DNA of 64,000 bases from Thermoplasmatota archaeon (GTDB lineage Archaea; Thermoplasmatota; Poseidoniia; Poseidoniales; Poseidoniaceae): positions 3,202 to 67,201 of the forward strand of contig JAYXXD010000001.1 in the NCBI GenBank assembly GCA_036019775.1. The letters are read 5' to 3'. Below are positions 40,649 through 51,447 of the stretch, one piece after another. The notes under the pieces are model-generated. The model made no database searches. It was not told where the DNA came from and saw nothing but the letters and a program-made list of their open reading frames with translations. Every line of letters begins with the position of its first letter. Position 1 is the first letter of the stretch. Both the position numbers and the translations under genes were made by a program.

Positions 40649-40780
40649 CCTGTGTAATCATGATGTAATTATTGCTAAACATGAACAATTCATGTTACAA
40701 ATTCAATTATCCGACATCGCGAAATTATCTATGACACATTTGCATCGAATTAGAAAAATAACAAACTCGCGTACGTTTGC

Positions 40781-40788
40781 TTTTATAC
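40781..40788 (+). promoter_or_regulatory. Probable TATA box for the addB/addA-like operon
   Basis: TTTTATAC about 40 nt before GTG 40825. Confidence 0.45.
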
Positions 40789-40824
40789 CGTCGTCTTCTA
40801 TGTTACGAAGCGGGGGATATTTTA

Positions 40825-43800
40825 GTGAACATCACGTTTGAAGCATGTCCTCCAGAGAACATCGTCCCCTCATGGTTAATTGCTAATATTGCAAGCGGAC
40901 GAGACGATATACTCGTGATTTATCCGAATGAAAGTACGCGTTCAAACTCGATTCAATCCATACTCCAAAAAACAGGGACAGTTGATTCGAGTAGACACAC
41001 AACTCTCCAGCGACTTACCAAAGCGTTAGCAATTGATTTTCGCCTCCCAGTTCTGATCCCTAAATCATCAATTGGTCTTGTTCAAGTTCATGAAAAGCTG
41101 GTCACAGAGGCGTTGAATCATCGCTTCCCTCGTCTTCATCCAGACCCGACTCGGCCTTGGACGATTTCAAAATCTGAGAGGTTACTCAAACTTCATTCGT
41201 ATGCCACCAATCATCGTATTCTTTCGAAATGGGAGGAAGATCCAGGTGCTCGTGAGGCAGAACGTATTCTTTCCACATTCAGAAAAAACGACCTTCTCCA
41301 TGAACATCATGTCTTAGATCGACTTTCTAGAGATTTATTGGATGCAGAAATCTTAGGACCGTATACAATTAGTACAATCAAAGGCATTGTGTTGTTGAAC
41401 CACCCTCCAGACTTCACTGAAACCGAGAAGCGATTTTTCAAAGCATTGTCAACACGATGCCCAATTCACCATGTATGCGTTACAGGTTCCTTCCGTCTTG
41501 GATACCATGGGGCTTACATTGATGATGAAATCAAGGCCATTGAGGATATAGCAGACTTGCCTTCGTGGGTACCACAACATCAGATTTACACTTCAAAACA
41601 AAATGATTACGCGACAAATGGCGTTCATGTACTCAGCTTTGATCAAGCCACATTGGTGATGGATGCAGCGATTTCAGCTCTACAACTATACAAGAGTCAC
41701 ACGGGAGGGCGCGTTTTACTCGTGGACGCAAATAGACATAGGCATATTGAATGGGTTCGTCGATTGAATCGAATCGGAATAACATGTAATATTCATCGCG
41801 ATGTAGTAGGGAGCACATCGGCTGTTCAAGCGATTCTTCGATTCCTGTCGATTTCGAATGGCCAAGATGCTTGGTCTGCAACGAAGTTGTTCGACATCAT
41901 TCAATCACAGGCATTCCCGATGCTGGAGAACCTTTTTTCAGAACTTGAACACCCAATAAACAAAGATTGGCGACCTAGACCTCATTTGGATGTGATTGAA
42001 AATCTTGGACGAAGTTTTCATGTTCTTGGTGGAAAAGGAGCCCTTCAACGTTGGCTAGGTTCACTATCTGTCGCAAAACCCTATTCAACGGAAGCCTTTC
42101 GCCAAGAACAAGAGTTGCGGAAACTTGAGGAGACACAATGGTGGTTCCAATGTCTTGCAGTTTCTTGGTCAGCACTCCTGAGCGAACAAGAACGGAAGAC
42201 CCTCACAACTGAATTGATTGGAACATCAACTAAAACATCACTTCCTTTGCCGCAACCGAGTAAGTCGCCTAGAGATATTCTTTCATTGATGCTTTCATCT
42301 TGCGACTGGGAGCGCTTGTTTAGGCGGACTCAAAGATATGATGCCTCAGTAGGCGCAATCCAAGTTTGGGTCCAAACCATCGATGCGATGCTTCAGTATG
42401 AAACGAGCATCGATTTTGTTGACCTTTGCCGCCTTGCCTCTGAAGAAACCGAAATACCTGCTCATCGGATTGAACACCCCGACGTACTCGTTCGCACTCC
42501 TCTTCAGGCATACGGAGTCGAAGCAGATATCACAATGTTCGTCGGTCTTGATGCCGAATCGTGGTCGATGAAAGCAGAGCGAATTCCTTGGATTGATGAT
42601 TCAGTTCGAATTCAGCTAGGCTTGACTGATGGTGATCTCCCCATCCGTCGTGCCCGCCATGTGTTCAAATCATTACTTAATTCCAGCCAACAGGCGATAC
42701 TTTTTGAAACGGAACATGATGAATCAACAGGAAATTCGACACCAATTGCTGAGTATCTTTCAAAAATAGAATTGGATGGTAAATTGACAGCATTGAGACA
42801 ACCTCCGGCCTTTATTCAGCCATCAATATCTGATGGCGCAGGATGGACAACGATAACAAGAGATGACGGAAATGTCGTTACTTATCGAAGGTCAGCATTA
42901 TCCATCAACGGAAGAGAGGTATCCCTCGATTACGCGGAAAATACTCTTCGAAATAACAAACAAAAGGCAGGCCTTGAACTCAAAGCACACCGCCAACCAA
43001 TTTCAGATGTCCAATCACCGAATTCAATTGCTGCACGTTATGAGCGAGAAATTCATCTCGATCGATTTCGCCGCCAACCAAAATTCGAATCCATAGAGAA
43101 TGGAAGTTTCATGAATTGGTCGATAAGAAACAACCTGCTGACGACGACGAATATCATCATTCAGCCTACCGTTTCTCAAGCAAAGATTGCCGGGGGCAGG
43201 ACAACTAATCTCTACCCACACCTTGGTTACAAAAGGAATAGAATTTCAAGTGGCCCTTCTATCGATCCACGGCCACTTCCACCTCCACAATTCGATTCTG
43301 TGAGTTTGAATGCAATCCTTACAACTCAGACTAGAGAAAACAAATTGAGAATTTGGTCAACGAGTCGATTGAATCCTTGGTTTATTTGTCCTCGCCAAGC
43401 ATGGGCTGAGCAAACGTTGCAAGTTACCGAATCTTCTCCAGAACTTTCTGAAGATATTGCGCCTTTGACGAAAGGAACGTTGGTTCATTCCATTGAGGAA
43501 CATCTAATGACGATGCTTGGAATTGAGGTTGGTGGTCTACCGCTTTCAGCAGGTGTGCCATTGCACCTTGGCGTTCCGCTTTCTGAACAAGAAATATGGG
43601 AAAGTGTACTTGGCCGACTATCTGAACTCGCTCCGTGGCTTTCAAGGACCAATGCTGTTTCTGTACATCGTTGTAACGATCTAATTGGATGCACTCCAGA
43701 TAATTGGAATGCTTGGATTGATGGGAGCCAAAAATTGCCAATTAGTGGACGATTAGGACGCCTTCTTTCTGCAGACTTGAGTCTTACATCTGCCGCTCCG

Positions 43801-44496
43801 ATTGCAAGCGAGTGGGCGCTTCAGCATCAGGATGAACACCATGTTGAAATTCAAGGATACAACGATTTGATGGAAACGGCTTCAATCAATATACGTGGCA
43901 GAATTGACAGAGTCGATGAAAATGTTTTCCCAACAGAGGATATTGCGCAATTGCGTGAAAATGGACTCTTTGCAGAGGATGCTAAAGAGATTCCACTCTT
44001 CTTTGATGGTACGGAGCCGCCTGCAAAACGCTTCATCATCATCCGGGATATCAAAACGATTGAAGGGCCAAAACCCGGACGAGCGGGAGCACGGCATACC
44101 TCTGGGCTGTTCAACGAAATTCAACTTGCTATGTATGCACGTGCTTGGGAAATTGCCCATCCGGGTGATCGCGTCGTTGGGGTTGGAATTTCAGAGGTTG
44201 GCGACGATACCGAGCATTTTGTTGAGTTGGACCCAAGTTTTGAACCATTTACCTCAGCTCTCAATCTTGGGACGCCGACTTCATATTCAATCAACCATTT
44301 TCGTCTTCCAAATGAGAATGCAAGTCCGCAGACGAATAGTTTTCGTGCATGGATGAATTCCCGAATCACAGCTGCATTGAGAGCGGCTGAAGCAAGTGAA
44401 TTGGGTTGGAATCATCCGACGCCAGGGCCACATTGCTCCTATTGCTCTCTTTCGAGTGCATGTCCTTCAGCATCAATAGGAGGTGAATTGAAGTGA
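40825..44496 (+). CDS. AddB/AdnA-like subunit: degenerate helicase scaffold plus PD-(D/E)XK nuclease with Fe-S cysteines
   Basis: No Walker A visible; C-terminal STSRL..CPR, KGTLVH, SEW, RGRIDRVD, DIKT, QLAMY and CSYC.....C. Confidence 0.8.
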   Translation: MNITFEACPPENIVPSWLIANIASGRDDILVIYPNESTRSNSIQSILQKTGTVDSSRHTTLQRLTKALAIDFRLPVLIPKSSIGLVQVHEKLVTEALNHRFPRLHPDPTRPWTISKSERLLKLHSYATNHRILSKWEEDPGAREAERILSTFRKNDLLHEHHVLDRLSRDLLDAEILGPYTISTIKGIVLLNHPPDFTETEKRFFKALSTRCPIHHVCVTGSFRLGYHGAYIDDEIKAIEDIADLPSWVPQHQIYTSKQNDYATNGVHVLSFDQATLVMDAAISALQLYKSHTGGRVLLVDANRHRHIEWVRRLNRIGITCNIHRDVVGSTSAVQAILRFLSISNGQDAWSATKLFDIIQSQAFPMLENLFSELEHPINKDWRPRPHLDVIENLGRSFHVLGGKGALQRWLGSLSVAKPYSTEAFRQEQELRKLEETQWWFQCLAVSWSALLSEQERKTLTTELIGTSTKTSLPLPQPSKSPRDILSLMLSSCDWERLFRRTQRYDASVGAIQVWVQTIDAMLQYETSIDFVDLCRLASEETEIPAHRIEHPDVLVRTPLQAYGVEADITMFVGLDAESWSMKAERIPWIDDSVRIQLGLTDGDLPIRRARHVFKSLLNSSQQAILFETEHDESTGNSTPIAEYLSKIELDGKLTALRQPPAFIQPSISDGAGWTTITRDDGNVVTYRRSALSINGREVSLDYAENTLRNNKQKAGLELKAHRQPISDVQSPNSIAARYEREIHLDRFRRQPKFESIENGSFMNWSIRNNLLTTTNIIIQPTVSQAKIAGGRTTNLYPHLGYKRNRISSGPSIDPRPLPPPQFDSVSLNAILTTQTRENKLRIWSTSRLNPWFICPRQAWAEQTLQVTESSPELSEDIAPLTKGTLVHSIEEHLMTMLGIEVGGLPLSAGVPLHLGVPLSEQEIWESVLGRLSELAPWLSRTNAVSVHRCNDLIGCTPDNWNAWIDGSQKLPISGRLGRLLSADLSLTSAAPIASEWALQHQDEHHVEIQGYNDLMETASINIRGRIDRVDENVFPTEDIAQLRENGLFAEDAKEIPLFFDGTEPPAKRFIIIRDIKTIEGPKPGRAGARHTSGLFNEIQLAMYARAWEIAHPGDRVVGVGISEVGDDTEHFVELDPSFEPFTSALNLGTPTSYSINHFRLPNENASPQTNSFRAWMNSRITAALRAAEASELGWNHPTPGPHCSYCSLSSACPSASIGGELK

Positions 44497-47400
44497 TCTC
44501 CTTCAATCGAAGCCAGCGATTGGGCCTGAATTTGGATCAACATATTGCTTTGGATGCAGGTGCAGGTACGGGAAAAACAACCGTTATGGCAGAACGGTAT
44601 GTTCAGCATCTCCTGTCTGCTGAGCAACGTGCCACGTATGTACTTCCGCCTCCGATCCGACAAGAACAATTTGGGTCAGGAAAGGTCTTGGCAGCAAAGC
44701 GTGATCGAACTTCCGTGAAAGATTGGAAAGGTCTCTTGCCACAAGAGATTGTCGCGATTACATTCACTCGAAAAGCCGCTTCGGAACTACGCTCCCGTAT
44801 ACGTAAACGGATACAATCTCTGCGTGCCAACCCTGTCAATGATGATGATCGAATGGGCGTTCATGACCCTCGACTACGTCATCAGGGCGATGTTTCGATG
44901 CTGATGTCATTGCTTGAGGCTGCACCAATTTCAACAATTGATGCATTTCTTTCAGAAATTTTGGCGCCGCATATTGATTTAGTTGCCATACATTTGAGTA
45001 GAGAACAATTGCCTGAAGAAAAAGCCCCTCTTCTACGTAACCAAGCCCTCAATTCTGCATGGAGAATTCGGAATTCTCAAGACGCTATCGAGGCAGGCAT
45101 GTATCAATCTGCGGATGAGTTCATTTCTGCTCGAAACAGGTTGGCAATCCGGCTCGGGGGACAACAGAGTGCTCAAACAGTTTTAGCAGGCCTTCTCGAG
45201 TCGTCCCTTTTTGTTGAGGAATCAAGACGTCGTCTTCGTTCACGTTCTATCAGTGCGAACCTACCTTGGGATGGCCATTCACCTCCAGATTACCGTTTGG
45301 TTGAAGATATGATTTTACAGGAATGTCAACACTTGGTCGATCCAGTGGTAGAGGATGTTTATGCCATTCTAAATGAATGGATTGATGTCTTCCTTCAGTA
45401 CCATTCTATATTTGTTGCACCGGCACAAATTGAAACAACCAGTACTCGTTTCAATCAACTCGTAGATTTAGCAAGAGGAGCATTACCAGATGCGCCGATT
45501 GAACGGCTCCAATGGTTGTACCAAGTCGTATCCTCGGCCACATCGATTACTCAGTTGAACGAGGCCAAACCTACTGTTTTGAAAGGAGGAAACTTTCCGC
45601 GCAGCAATTCACTTTCCGGTTGGCCAGCGGGGTTGATGACCTGGTCTTCAGTTCTCAAAAGAAAGGATGAGAAATCTCTGAAAGGCCAGATTTCAAGTGC
45701 TGCTTCTGATGCCGCACAACGGCTGCAAGACCGCATTCATGACCCTTCAGATGGTCGGTTGGTTTTCATGCTCTCGAAGGTGGCCTATTGCCTCAATCCG
45801 TCTCGTCGGTTCGCGTATAGAGATGCCAACGAACGCTATGATCGTCAACAACTTGGTCTCAAATTAAGTCAAGAAGCCCCCCTGGCGGGCATGAGAGTTT
45901 CGAAAGAACTCCAAGTAGAGGTTTTGAATGATCTTTACATCGTACATTCGGGTTGCCAAGATTTGCTTCGTCACCTGAAGTCTCAGGAAGAGGCCCATGA
46001 TTTTGATGATGTGCAAGTTATGGTAGGAGATCTGCTTCTGGTCCGCTGCCCAGCAATCGTTCGTCATTGGTATCCTCCTGAGGCTGTCCAAGCCTTAGAT
46101 GACCTTGGAGAAGAACCCTGGTCCGATGAACACATTCGAAAGGCCCTCACAATTATGCAAAGTGATGAGGCAAAATATCTGGATTTGCAACGAAGGTATG
46201 CACTTCTGAAGCAGATTCGCGCTCGGTATCGAGCATTCATTATCGACGAATATCAAGATACAAACCCTGAACATGCACGTCTCCTTTCTCGTCTATGGGG
46301 CCGTCGCGAAGGCATATCCGATGAACATCCAGCGCCATCTGGACCGTGGGACCCAACCATTTGCATCGTCGGGGATATGAAGCAGAGCATCTATCGTTTC
46401 AGACAGGCAGAGGTCACGGTTATGCGCCGAATGGTTGCAGCCATCCGTGTTGCGAATAGTCTCGAAAATAATGAGTCAAGACTGGAGGCCTTCACCCAAC
46501 AAGGATTTGGTAGAGATCCCCGACCAATCGGCGCAGGGGGAGAATTGGGCTCTTTCATTCGGGCATCGGATTATTCCCGTGAGGAACAATCATCGTCATG
46601 GGATTACGTTTCTTTCGGGAGAGATGATGCTGGGATGGCACTCGAAGACTCAACCAGACAAGAACGAGCAGAGGGTCATATTCAACTTCGAACAAATTTC
46701 CGTACTGCTCCTGCTTTGCTCCAAACTCTCAACAACATGTTTGAAGACACTTTTGACTCAAGACATCATCAATTCCCTGGAGATTTTCATGCGACTGCGC
46801 AACCACTTGACGCCGGCCGAGAAACCTCTCTTGAAGGGGCGATTGAATGGCTCTTGCCCACACAAAACAATACTGGAGAGTTGCCATTGAATCTGATGGA
46901 AGGATACAACCTCTACGATGCAAGAAATGCAAACCTTCGCCACCTTGAACATGAACTGATTGCTTCGAGGTTGGATACATTAGTTCGAGGATTACCGACG
47001 CGAATTTGGTCTGCAGAAAATGCAGAGTACATCGAGATAGAGGCTGAAGAGAAGATTTCTCCTGAAGACGTGATGATTCTTGTACATTCACGGAAGCACA
47101 TCCCAGATCTTGTTGCGCGTCTTCAATCGCGAGGACTACCGGTTATGGCCGATAAGCAAGGCGAATTGCTTAAACAACCCGTCGTTCAACCATTGATGGC
47201 TGTTCTGGAACTACTTGCCAAGCCAAATTCAAGGCATGCTGCACATTCCTTACTACGTTCCTCGATTGTTGGTGCTTCATCCATTCAAATTGAAGAAATA
47301 TTCCAATTGACCGATGTGGAAGACTATTGGGTTCATTCGGCAGAATATTTTGCTTCAGCAGCGCAAGGACCCCTTCTTCTTGCACTTGCTCAATTGGCTC

Positions 47401-49466
47401 AAAATGGTGCAGTTTACGACTTATTCGATGCAGTATTGGATTACAGCGATTTGCTTATTGCGTTCCCCGACGAAGCTGAGCGTCAAGTGGCTGAGATGTG
47501 GTGCGCATTGGTTCATAAGATTGGGTCTGAAACCGGCCATGAACCCGCGGCAATACTTGAACAAATGAAGGCATATGCAACACTTGGAAATAAGGGGCCA
47601 CAAGCCAGTTCATCACCAACCAGTGGCGCAATTCAAATAATGACAATTCACGGTGCGAAGGGACTCCAAGCACCTGTTGTTATTGTAACAGGATTGTTCG
47701 AAGCAGGGCGGAGAAGTTCAAGCATAGAAGCACAGAACAATATTTTGATCACACCCGATGTTATTGCTGGAAGAATCCAGCCATGGAAGTCAAAAGATAA
47801 ACCAGCGGATGCTCTCTGGATGCTAGCAGAACAAATGAACAAGGCACAGAATCAAGCCGAGTTACGACGTCAGTTCTACGTAGCGTTAACTCGCGTCAAA
47901 GATCGTCTCATTTTTGTTGGATCTCCGAACACTCCCTGTACAATTGGTGAGAATTCGATGGTGACCATGAAAATCAATTCGAAAGGAAACAATATGGGTG
48001 ATTTGATGTTGGATGGATTCCGATATATGGGGCACTGCTCTGGAAATCAGCAAGTATGGAGTCTTGAAGGAGATGTGCAAGGTGAACACTTGGAAGAATA
48101 CGGAGAACAAGTGTTGGAATTCAACCCCATCAGTATTTTCCATGCTAGCGGCTTCATGTCAGGTTCCCTTCAACGACTTCGAATGTATCATCATCCTGAC
48201 TGTTTTTCAATCCAAACGCCAACTTCAGCCTTATCGAATTGGTTGGCTATTGAAGAACAACTTTGCGAGCCTGTTGACGCGGTCCAATCGGACCAATACA
48301 TCGTACATCAATCACCAACTCTCAGAATGACAGCACATGGATTGGATACTGCAAATTCATGCCGTCGCAGATATTGGTTATCGCATGTGAAGGGTTGGCA
48401 AAGTGAACCGTTCAATATCGGAAAAAATTCGAGTTCAGCCATTGATGAAGAGGAGCAAAAGGATCGTTCAAATGGAGAGGATTTGGAAAATATGGTAATT
48501 GGTTGGCCTTCAGCAACATCATTTGGTTCGATGTTTCACAGACTTGTTGAGATTGGTTTAGCTAATCCAGCAAGAATAAAATCGAAGAACAGTGAACTTG
48601 GTCCAGTTTGGCTCAATGCTCAGAAAAATCAACTGCTTTCAGACAAAGAAATCGATGATGCAACACAGTCACAGCCGGAATGGCATCGACTGTCAAAAGA
48701 AGAGCAACAGAAAACTCGATCAAGAATCGTTCAACTTGCAACATTGCTTACAAATGGATCCTTAGGAAGGATGGTTGATGGCGAAGAAATCAATGATTGC
48801 AACATTGAAGGGTTACGCACTGAAGCATCCTTCTATTTTGATTATGAAGTCGACTTCGAAGGCCTTGTTCGGTTGCCACTTACCCAACTGAATGAACCGT
48901 ATGTAACACGAATCGATACCGTCAAAATACTCTTCGAGGGCCAAGCAGATCTCGCATTGGCAGGTGTTCAAGGAGATAAACCATGGTTGCAGGTTGTCGA
49001 TTTGAAAACTTCCGGTGCACGCACGGAACGTCTCGAAGAACATGCATTGTATGAGTCATTGAATGAACCGTATTCTTTTGAACCTCAAAACGATGCTGAG
49101 TATGAGATGTTACGTAATCATCGACTTCAACTGACTCTGTATTCTCTTGTTTTTCGACGCCAAGAAGATCGAAAACCAACTGATAAGCGAAGAGAAGTAC
49201 GTCCACCGGCTTTGCTAATCGCAAGCACTGGTCGTTTTGTTCAAATGCCTGAGAATATGTACGAGGAAGCTGAGAATGAATTGCTTGACCTGCTTCAATG
49301 GGTGGCGAATTTGACCGCGAATCCGAATGGCACCACCGAGCCAAAACGCCTTCCGATGGAATTCATTGATACCTGCAAGAAATGTCCATTCTTCAAGGGC
49401 GATGTTCGAATGTGTGGTCCACAAGGAATGGAATTAGGCATCAACGGTGACCTTTCTTTCCAATGA
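44493..49466 (+). CDS. AddA/AdnB-like UvrD/SF1A helicase-nuclease
   Basis: AGAGTGKT, AITFTRKAA.ELR.R, ISTIDAF, IDEYQDT, VGDMKQSIYRFR.A, L.TNFR, MTIHGAKGL, YVALTR; C-terminal G.AD, VDLKTS, QL.LY. Confidence 0.92.
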   Translation: MISFNRSQRLGLNLDQHIALDAGAGTGKTTVMAERYVQHLLSAEQRATYVLPPPIRQEQFGSGKVLAAKRDRTSVKDWKGLLPQEIVAITFTRKAASELRSRIRKRIQSLRANPVNDDDRMGVHDPRLRHQGDVSMLMSLLEAAPISTIDAFLSEILAPHIDLVAIHLSREQLPEEKAPLLRNQALNSAWRIRNSQDAIEAGMYQSADEFISARNRLAIRLGGQQSAQTVLAGLLESSLFVEESRRRLRSRSISANLPWDGHSPPDYRLVEDMILQECQHLVDPVVEDVYAILNEWIDVFLQYHSIFVAPAQIETTSTRFNQLVDLARGALPDAPIERLQWLYQVVSSATSITQLNEAKPTVLKGGNFPRSNSLSGWPAGLMTWSSVLKRKDEKSLKGQISSAASDAAQRLQDRIHDPSDGRLVFMLSKVAYCLNPSRRFAYRDANERYDRQQLGLKLSQEAPLAGMRVSKELQVEVLNDLYIVHSGCQDLLRHLKSQEEAHDFDDVQVMVGDLLLVRCPAIVRHWYPPEAVQALDDLGEEPWSDEHIRKALTIMQSDEAKYLDLQRRYALLKQIRARYRAFIIDEYQDTNPEHARLLSRLWGRREGISDEHPAPSGPWDPTICIVGDMKQSIYRFRQAEVTVMRRMVAAIRVANSLENNESRLEAFTQQGFGRDPRPIGAGGELGSFIRASDYSREEQSSSWDYVSFGRDDAGMALEDSTRQERAEGHIQLRTNFRTAPALLQTLNNMFEDTFDSRHHQFPGDFHATAQPLDAGRETSLEGAIEWLLPTQNNTGELPLNLMEGYNLYDARNANLRHLEHELIASRLDTLVRGLPTRIWSAENAEYIEIEAEEKISPEDVMILVHSRKHIPDLVARLQSRGLPVMADKQGELLKQPVVQPLMAVLELLAKPNSRHAAHSLLRSSIVGASSIQIEEIFQLTDVEDYWVHSAEYFASAAQGPLLLALAQLAQNGAVYDLFDAVLDYSDLLIAFPDEAERQVAEMWCALVHKIGSETGHEPAAILEQMKAYATLGNKGPQASSSPTSGAIQIMTIHGAKGLQAPVVIVTGLFEAGRRSSSIEAQNNILITPDVIAGRIQPWKSKDKPADALWMLAEQMNKAQNQAELRRQFYVALTRVKDRLIFVGSPNTPCTIGENSMVTMKINSKGNNMGDLMLDGFRYMGHCSGNQQVWSLEGDVQGEHLEEYGEQVLEFNPISIFHASGFMSGSLQRLRMYHHPDCFSIQTPTSALSNWLAIEEQLCEPVDAVQSDQYIVHQSPTLRMTAHGLDTANSCRRRYWLSHVKGWQSEPFNIGKNSSSAIDEEEQKDRSNGEDLENMVIGWPSATSFGSMFHRLVEIGLANPARIKSKNSELGPVWLNAQKNQLLSDKEIDDATQSQPEWHRLSKEEQQKTRSRIVQLATLLTNGSLGRMVDGEEINDCNIEGLRTEASFYFDYEVDFEGLVRLPLTQLNEPYVTRIDTVKILFEGQADLALAGVQGDKPWLQVVDLKTSGARTERLEEHALYESLNEPYSFEPQNDAEYEMLRNHRLQLTLYSLVFRRQEDRKPTDKRREVRPPALLIASTGRFVQMPENMYEEAENELLDLLQWVANLTANPNGTTEPKRLPMEFIDTCKKCPFFKGDVRMCGPQGMELGINGDLSFQ

Positions 49467-50067
49467 TGGCCAAAGTACCTGGCTGGCCTGATGATTGATT
49501 GGCTCGCCATGCCTGTACTTCACAAAAACCAACATGATTCCACATTTCTATCCATTCCTTTTCTGAGAATGTGGACATATGGACATCGAGTGCTTCAGGC
49601 CAGCCCAGACTTTCTTCATTTTCTGAATAATGATCAATTCCAATCACTGCCCAACCACCTTCAGCCAACCAATCGTCGTGAATGGATTGTAACATTTGAT
49701 GAGGTTCGTGGAGATAATAAATAAATTCCATTGAATGGATAAGATTGTATTGTTGAGGTGGCTGTGTATCAGGAAATACAGCAAGATGATAACCATGTTT
49801 AGAATCAATATTTTTTGCCTTCTCAATCATGTGCGGAGCGCCATCAAAACCATCAGCTTGGGTGCAATTTTCAAGTTCACCAACGATTCGAACAACCCAA
49901 CCATTTCCACATCCTAAGTCTGCGAATGAAAATAAATCATTTTCTTGATTCATCTTTTGGAAAGCAACCTCCAACATTTCTTTGACAGCAGGGCTATGTC
50001 CACGTTCCATACCTTCGTCTTTGCCTCTGTGTGCCCAATCGTTGAAGACATCTGTTGCCTGCTTCAT
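49441..50067 (-). CDS. Class I SAM-dependent methyltransferase
   Basis: DLGCGNGW motif I, G.D.A..MI..A and SME..YY. Confidence 0.9.
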   Translation of the reverse strand: MKQATDVFNDWAHRGKDEGMERGHSPAVKEMLEVAFQKMNQENDLFSFADLGCGNGWVVRIVGELENCTQADGFDGAPHMIEKAKNIDSKHGYHLAVFPDTQPPQQYNLIHSMEFIYYLHEPHQMLQSIHDDWLAEGGWAVIGIDHYSENEESLGWPEALDVHMSTFSEKEWIEMWNHVGFCEVQAWRANQSSGQPGTLAIIGKKGHR

Positions 50068-50137
50068 GACCCGACGAAGGCATTCGTCGAAAAAAGGCAT
50101 CGAAAGCAACATCATCCTCATTCGTATCGGTTGTTGT

Positions 50138-51097
50138 ATGAGCCTAACTTCTCAATCGATTGACGATGTTCTCTATCCGAAAATTGAACCATACTCAACA
50201 GGCATGCTTGCAGTATCAGAGCGTCATACAATCGCTTGGGAATGTGCAGGCAATCCTGACGGTATCCCAGTCATTGTCATCCACGGTGGCCCAGGAGGAG
50301 GAAGCCAACCATCCTATCGTCAGTATTTCGATCCGCAAAAGTGGAACATCATTCAGTTCGACCAGCGAGGATGTGGCAAGTCAACACCCTATGCAGATCT
50401 TGAAGAGAATACAACCATGCACTTGGTTTCCGATATTGAGGCTCTACGAGAACACTTTGGTATTGAAACGTGGCATGTCTTTGGAGGTTCTTGGGGATCA
50501 ACGCTTTCACTCATTTACGGAATATCTCATCCAGACCGCATCCAATCATTCATTCTTCGAGGCATCTTCATGTGTAGAACTTCTGAATTGCATTGGTTCT
50601 ATCAAGATGGAGCCAGCCATGTCTTTCCAGACGCTTTTGAACCGTACCAGCAACACATCCCTCTGGATGAGCAATCGACTCTCATTCCAGCCTATTACAA
50701 GCGCCTGACGAGTGAAGATGTTGAAGTTCGACGGGCTGCAGCAAAGGAATGGACGCGTTGGGAGATGGCGACAAGTCGACTGTTCCCTGACCCAGAATAC
50801 CTCGAAAAGGCGGAAGATCTTGATTTCGCAGTTGCTTTTGCTCGTATTGAATGTCATTATTTTATCAATGGAATTTTCGTAGAAGATTCCTACATTCTCA
50901 ACAATACGGAGGCAATAGAAAATATTCCAACAATCATTGTACAGGGTCGCTATGACATGGTCTGTCCTGCGAAAAGTGCATGGGAATTGCATAAGCAGCT
51001 TCCCAAATCAACACTCCACATGATTCCTGATGCAGGCCATTCGATGGGCGAGGTTCCAATTGCGAGAGCTTTGGTTGAGGCTACTGATTCAGTGTAA
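50138..51097 (+). CDS. pip: Proline iminopeptidase
   Basis: HGGPGGG, FDQRGCGKS.P, GGSWGS, LRGIF, ARIECHYF, QGRYD and AGHS. Confidence 0.96.
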   Translation: MSLTSQSIDDVLYPKIEPYSTGMLAVSERHTIAWECAGNPDGIPVIVIHGGPGGGSQPSYRQYFDPQKWNIIQFDQRGCGKSTPYADLEENTTMHLVSDIEALREHFGIETWHVFGGSWGSTLSLIYGISHPDRIQSFILRGIFMCRTSELHWFYQDGASHVFPDAFEPYQQHIPLDEQSTLIPAYYKRLTSEDVEVRRAAAKEWTRWEMATSRLFPDPEYLEKAEDLDFAVAFARIECHYFINGIFVEDSYILNNTEAIENIPTIIVQGRYDMVCPAKSAWELHKQLPKSTLHMIPDAGHSMGEVPIARALVEATDSV

Positions 51098-51447
51098 GAA
51101 GTACGCTTCTTAGACTGAGCGATATAAATGAGTCAATAAGGGAGAAGGATGACCTATTACTATGGCCAAACCCCGTCGAGTGGTAGGTTGCTTCAATCCC
51201 AAGCAGGCTTATGTCTTCTGATTATGCTTCTATAATTGATTTTCTTCAGAAGGGAAAAGTTCGTTGAGGTTGAGAAATCCGATGTAGAAAGATCCAGCCG
51301 CTGGCTATTCCCACGCGGACCAAAAAAGAAATTTTAGTCGCCCGCCGATTGTACAGATGAGAAGCGAGTTATCGTTCTCAACGAAGCGTCGTCTTCATAG
51401 GGTAAAGGCGACTGGGTTGAAACGGAGGCATTCCTCCGGGTGAAAAA

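Noticed and set aside
51140..51225. C/D box sRNA or SRP RNA
   Set aside because: Only a partial C box (GGATGA) and one CTGA; no D'/C' pair or SRP helix 8 motif recognised
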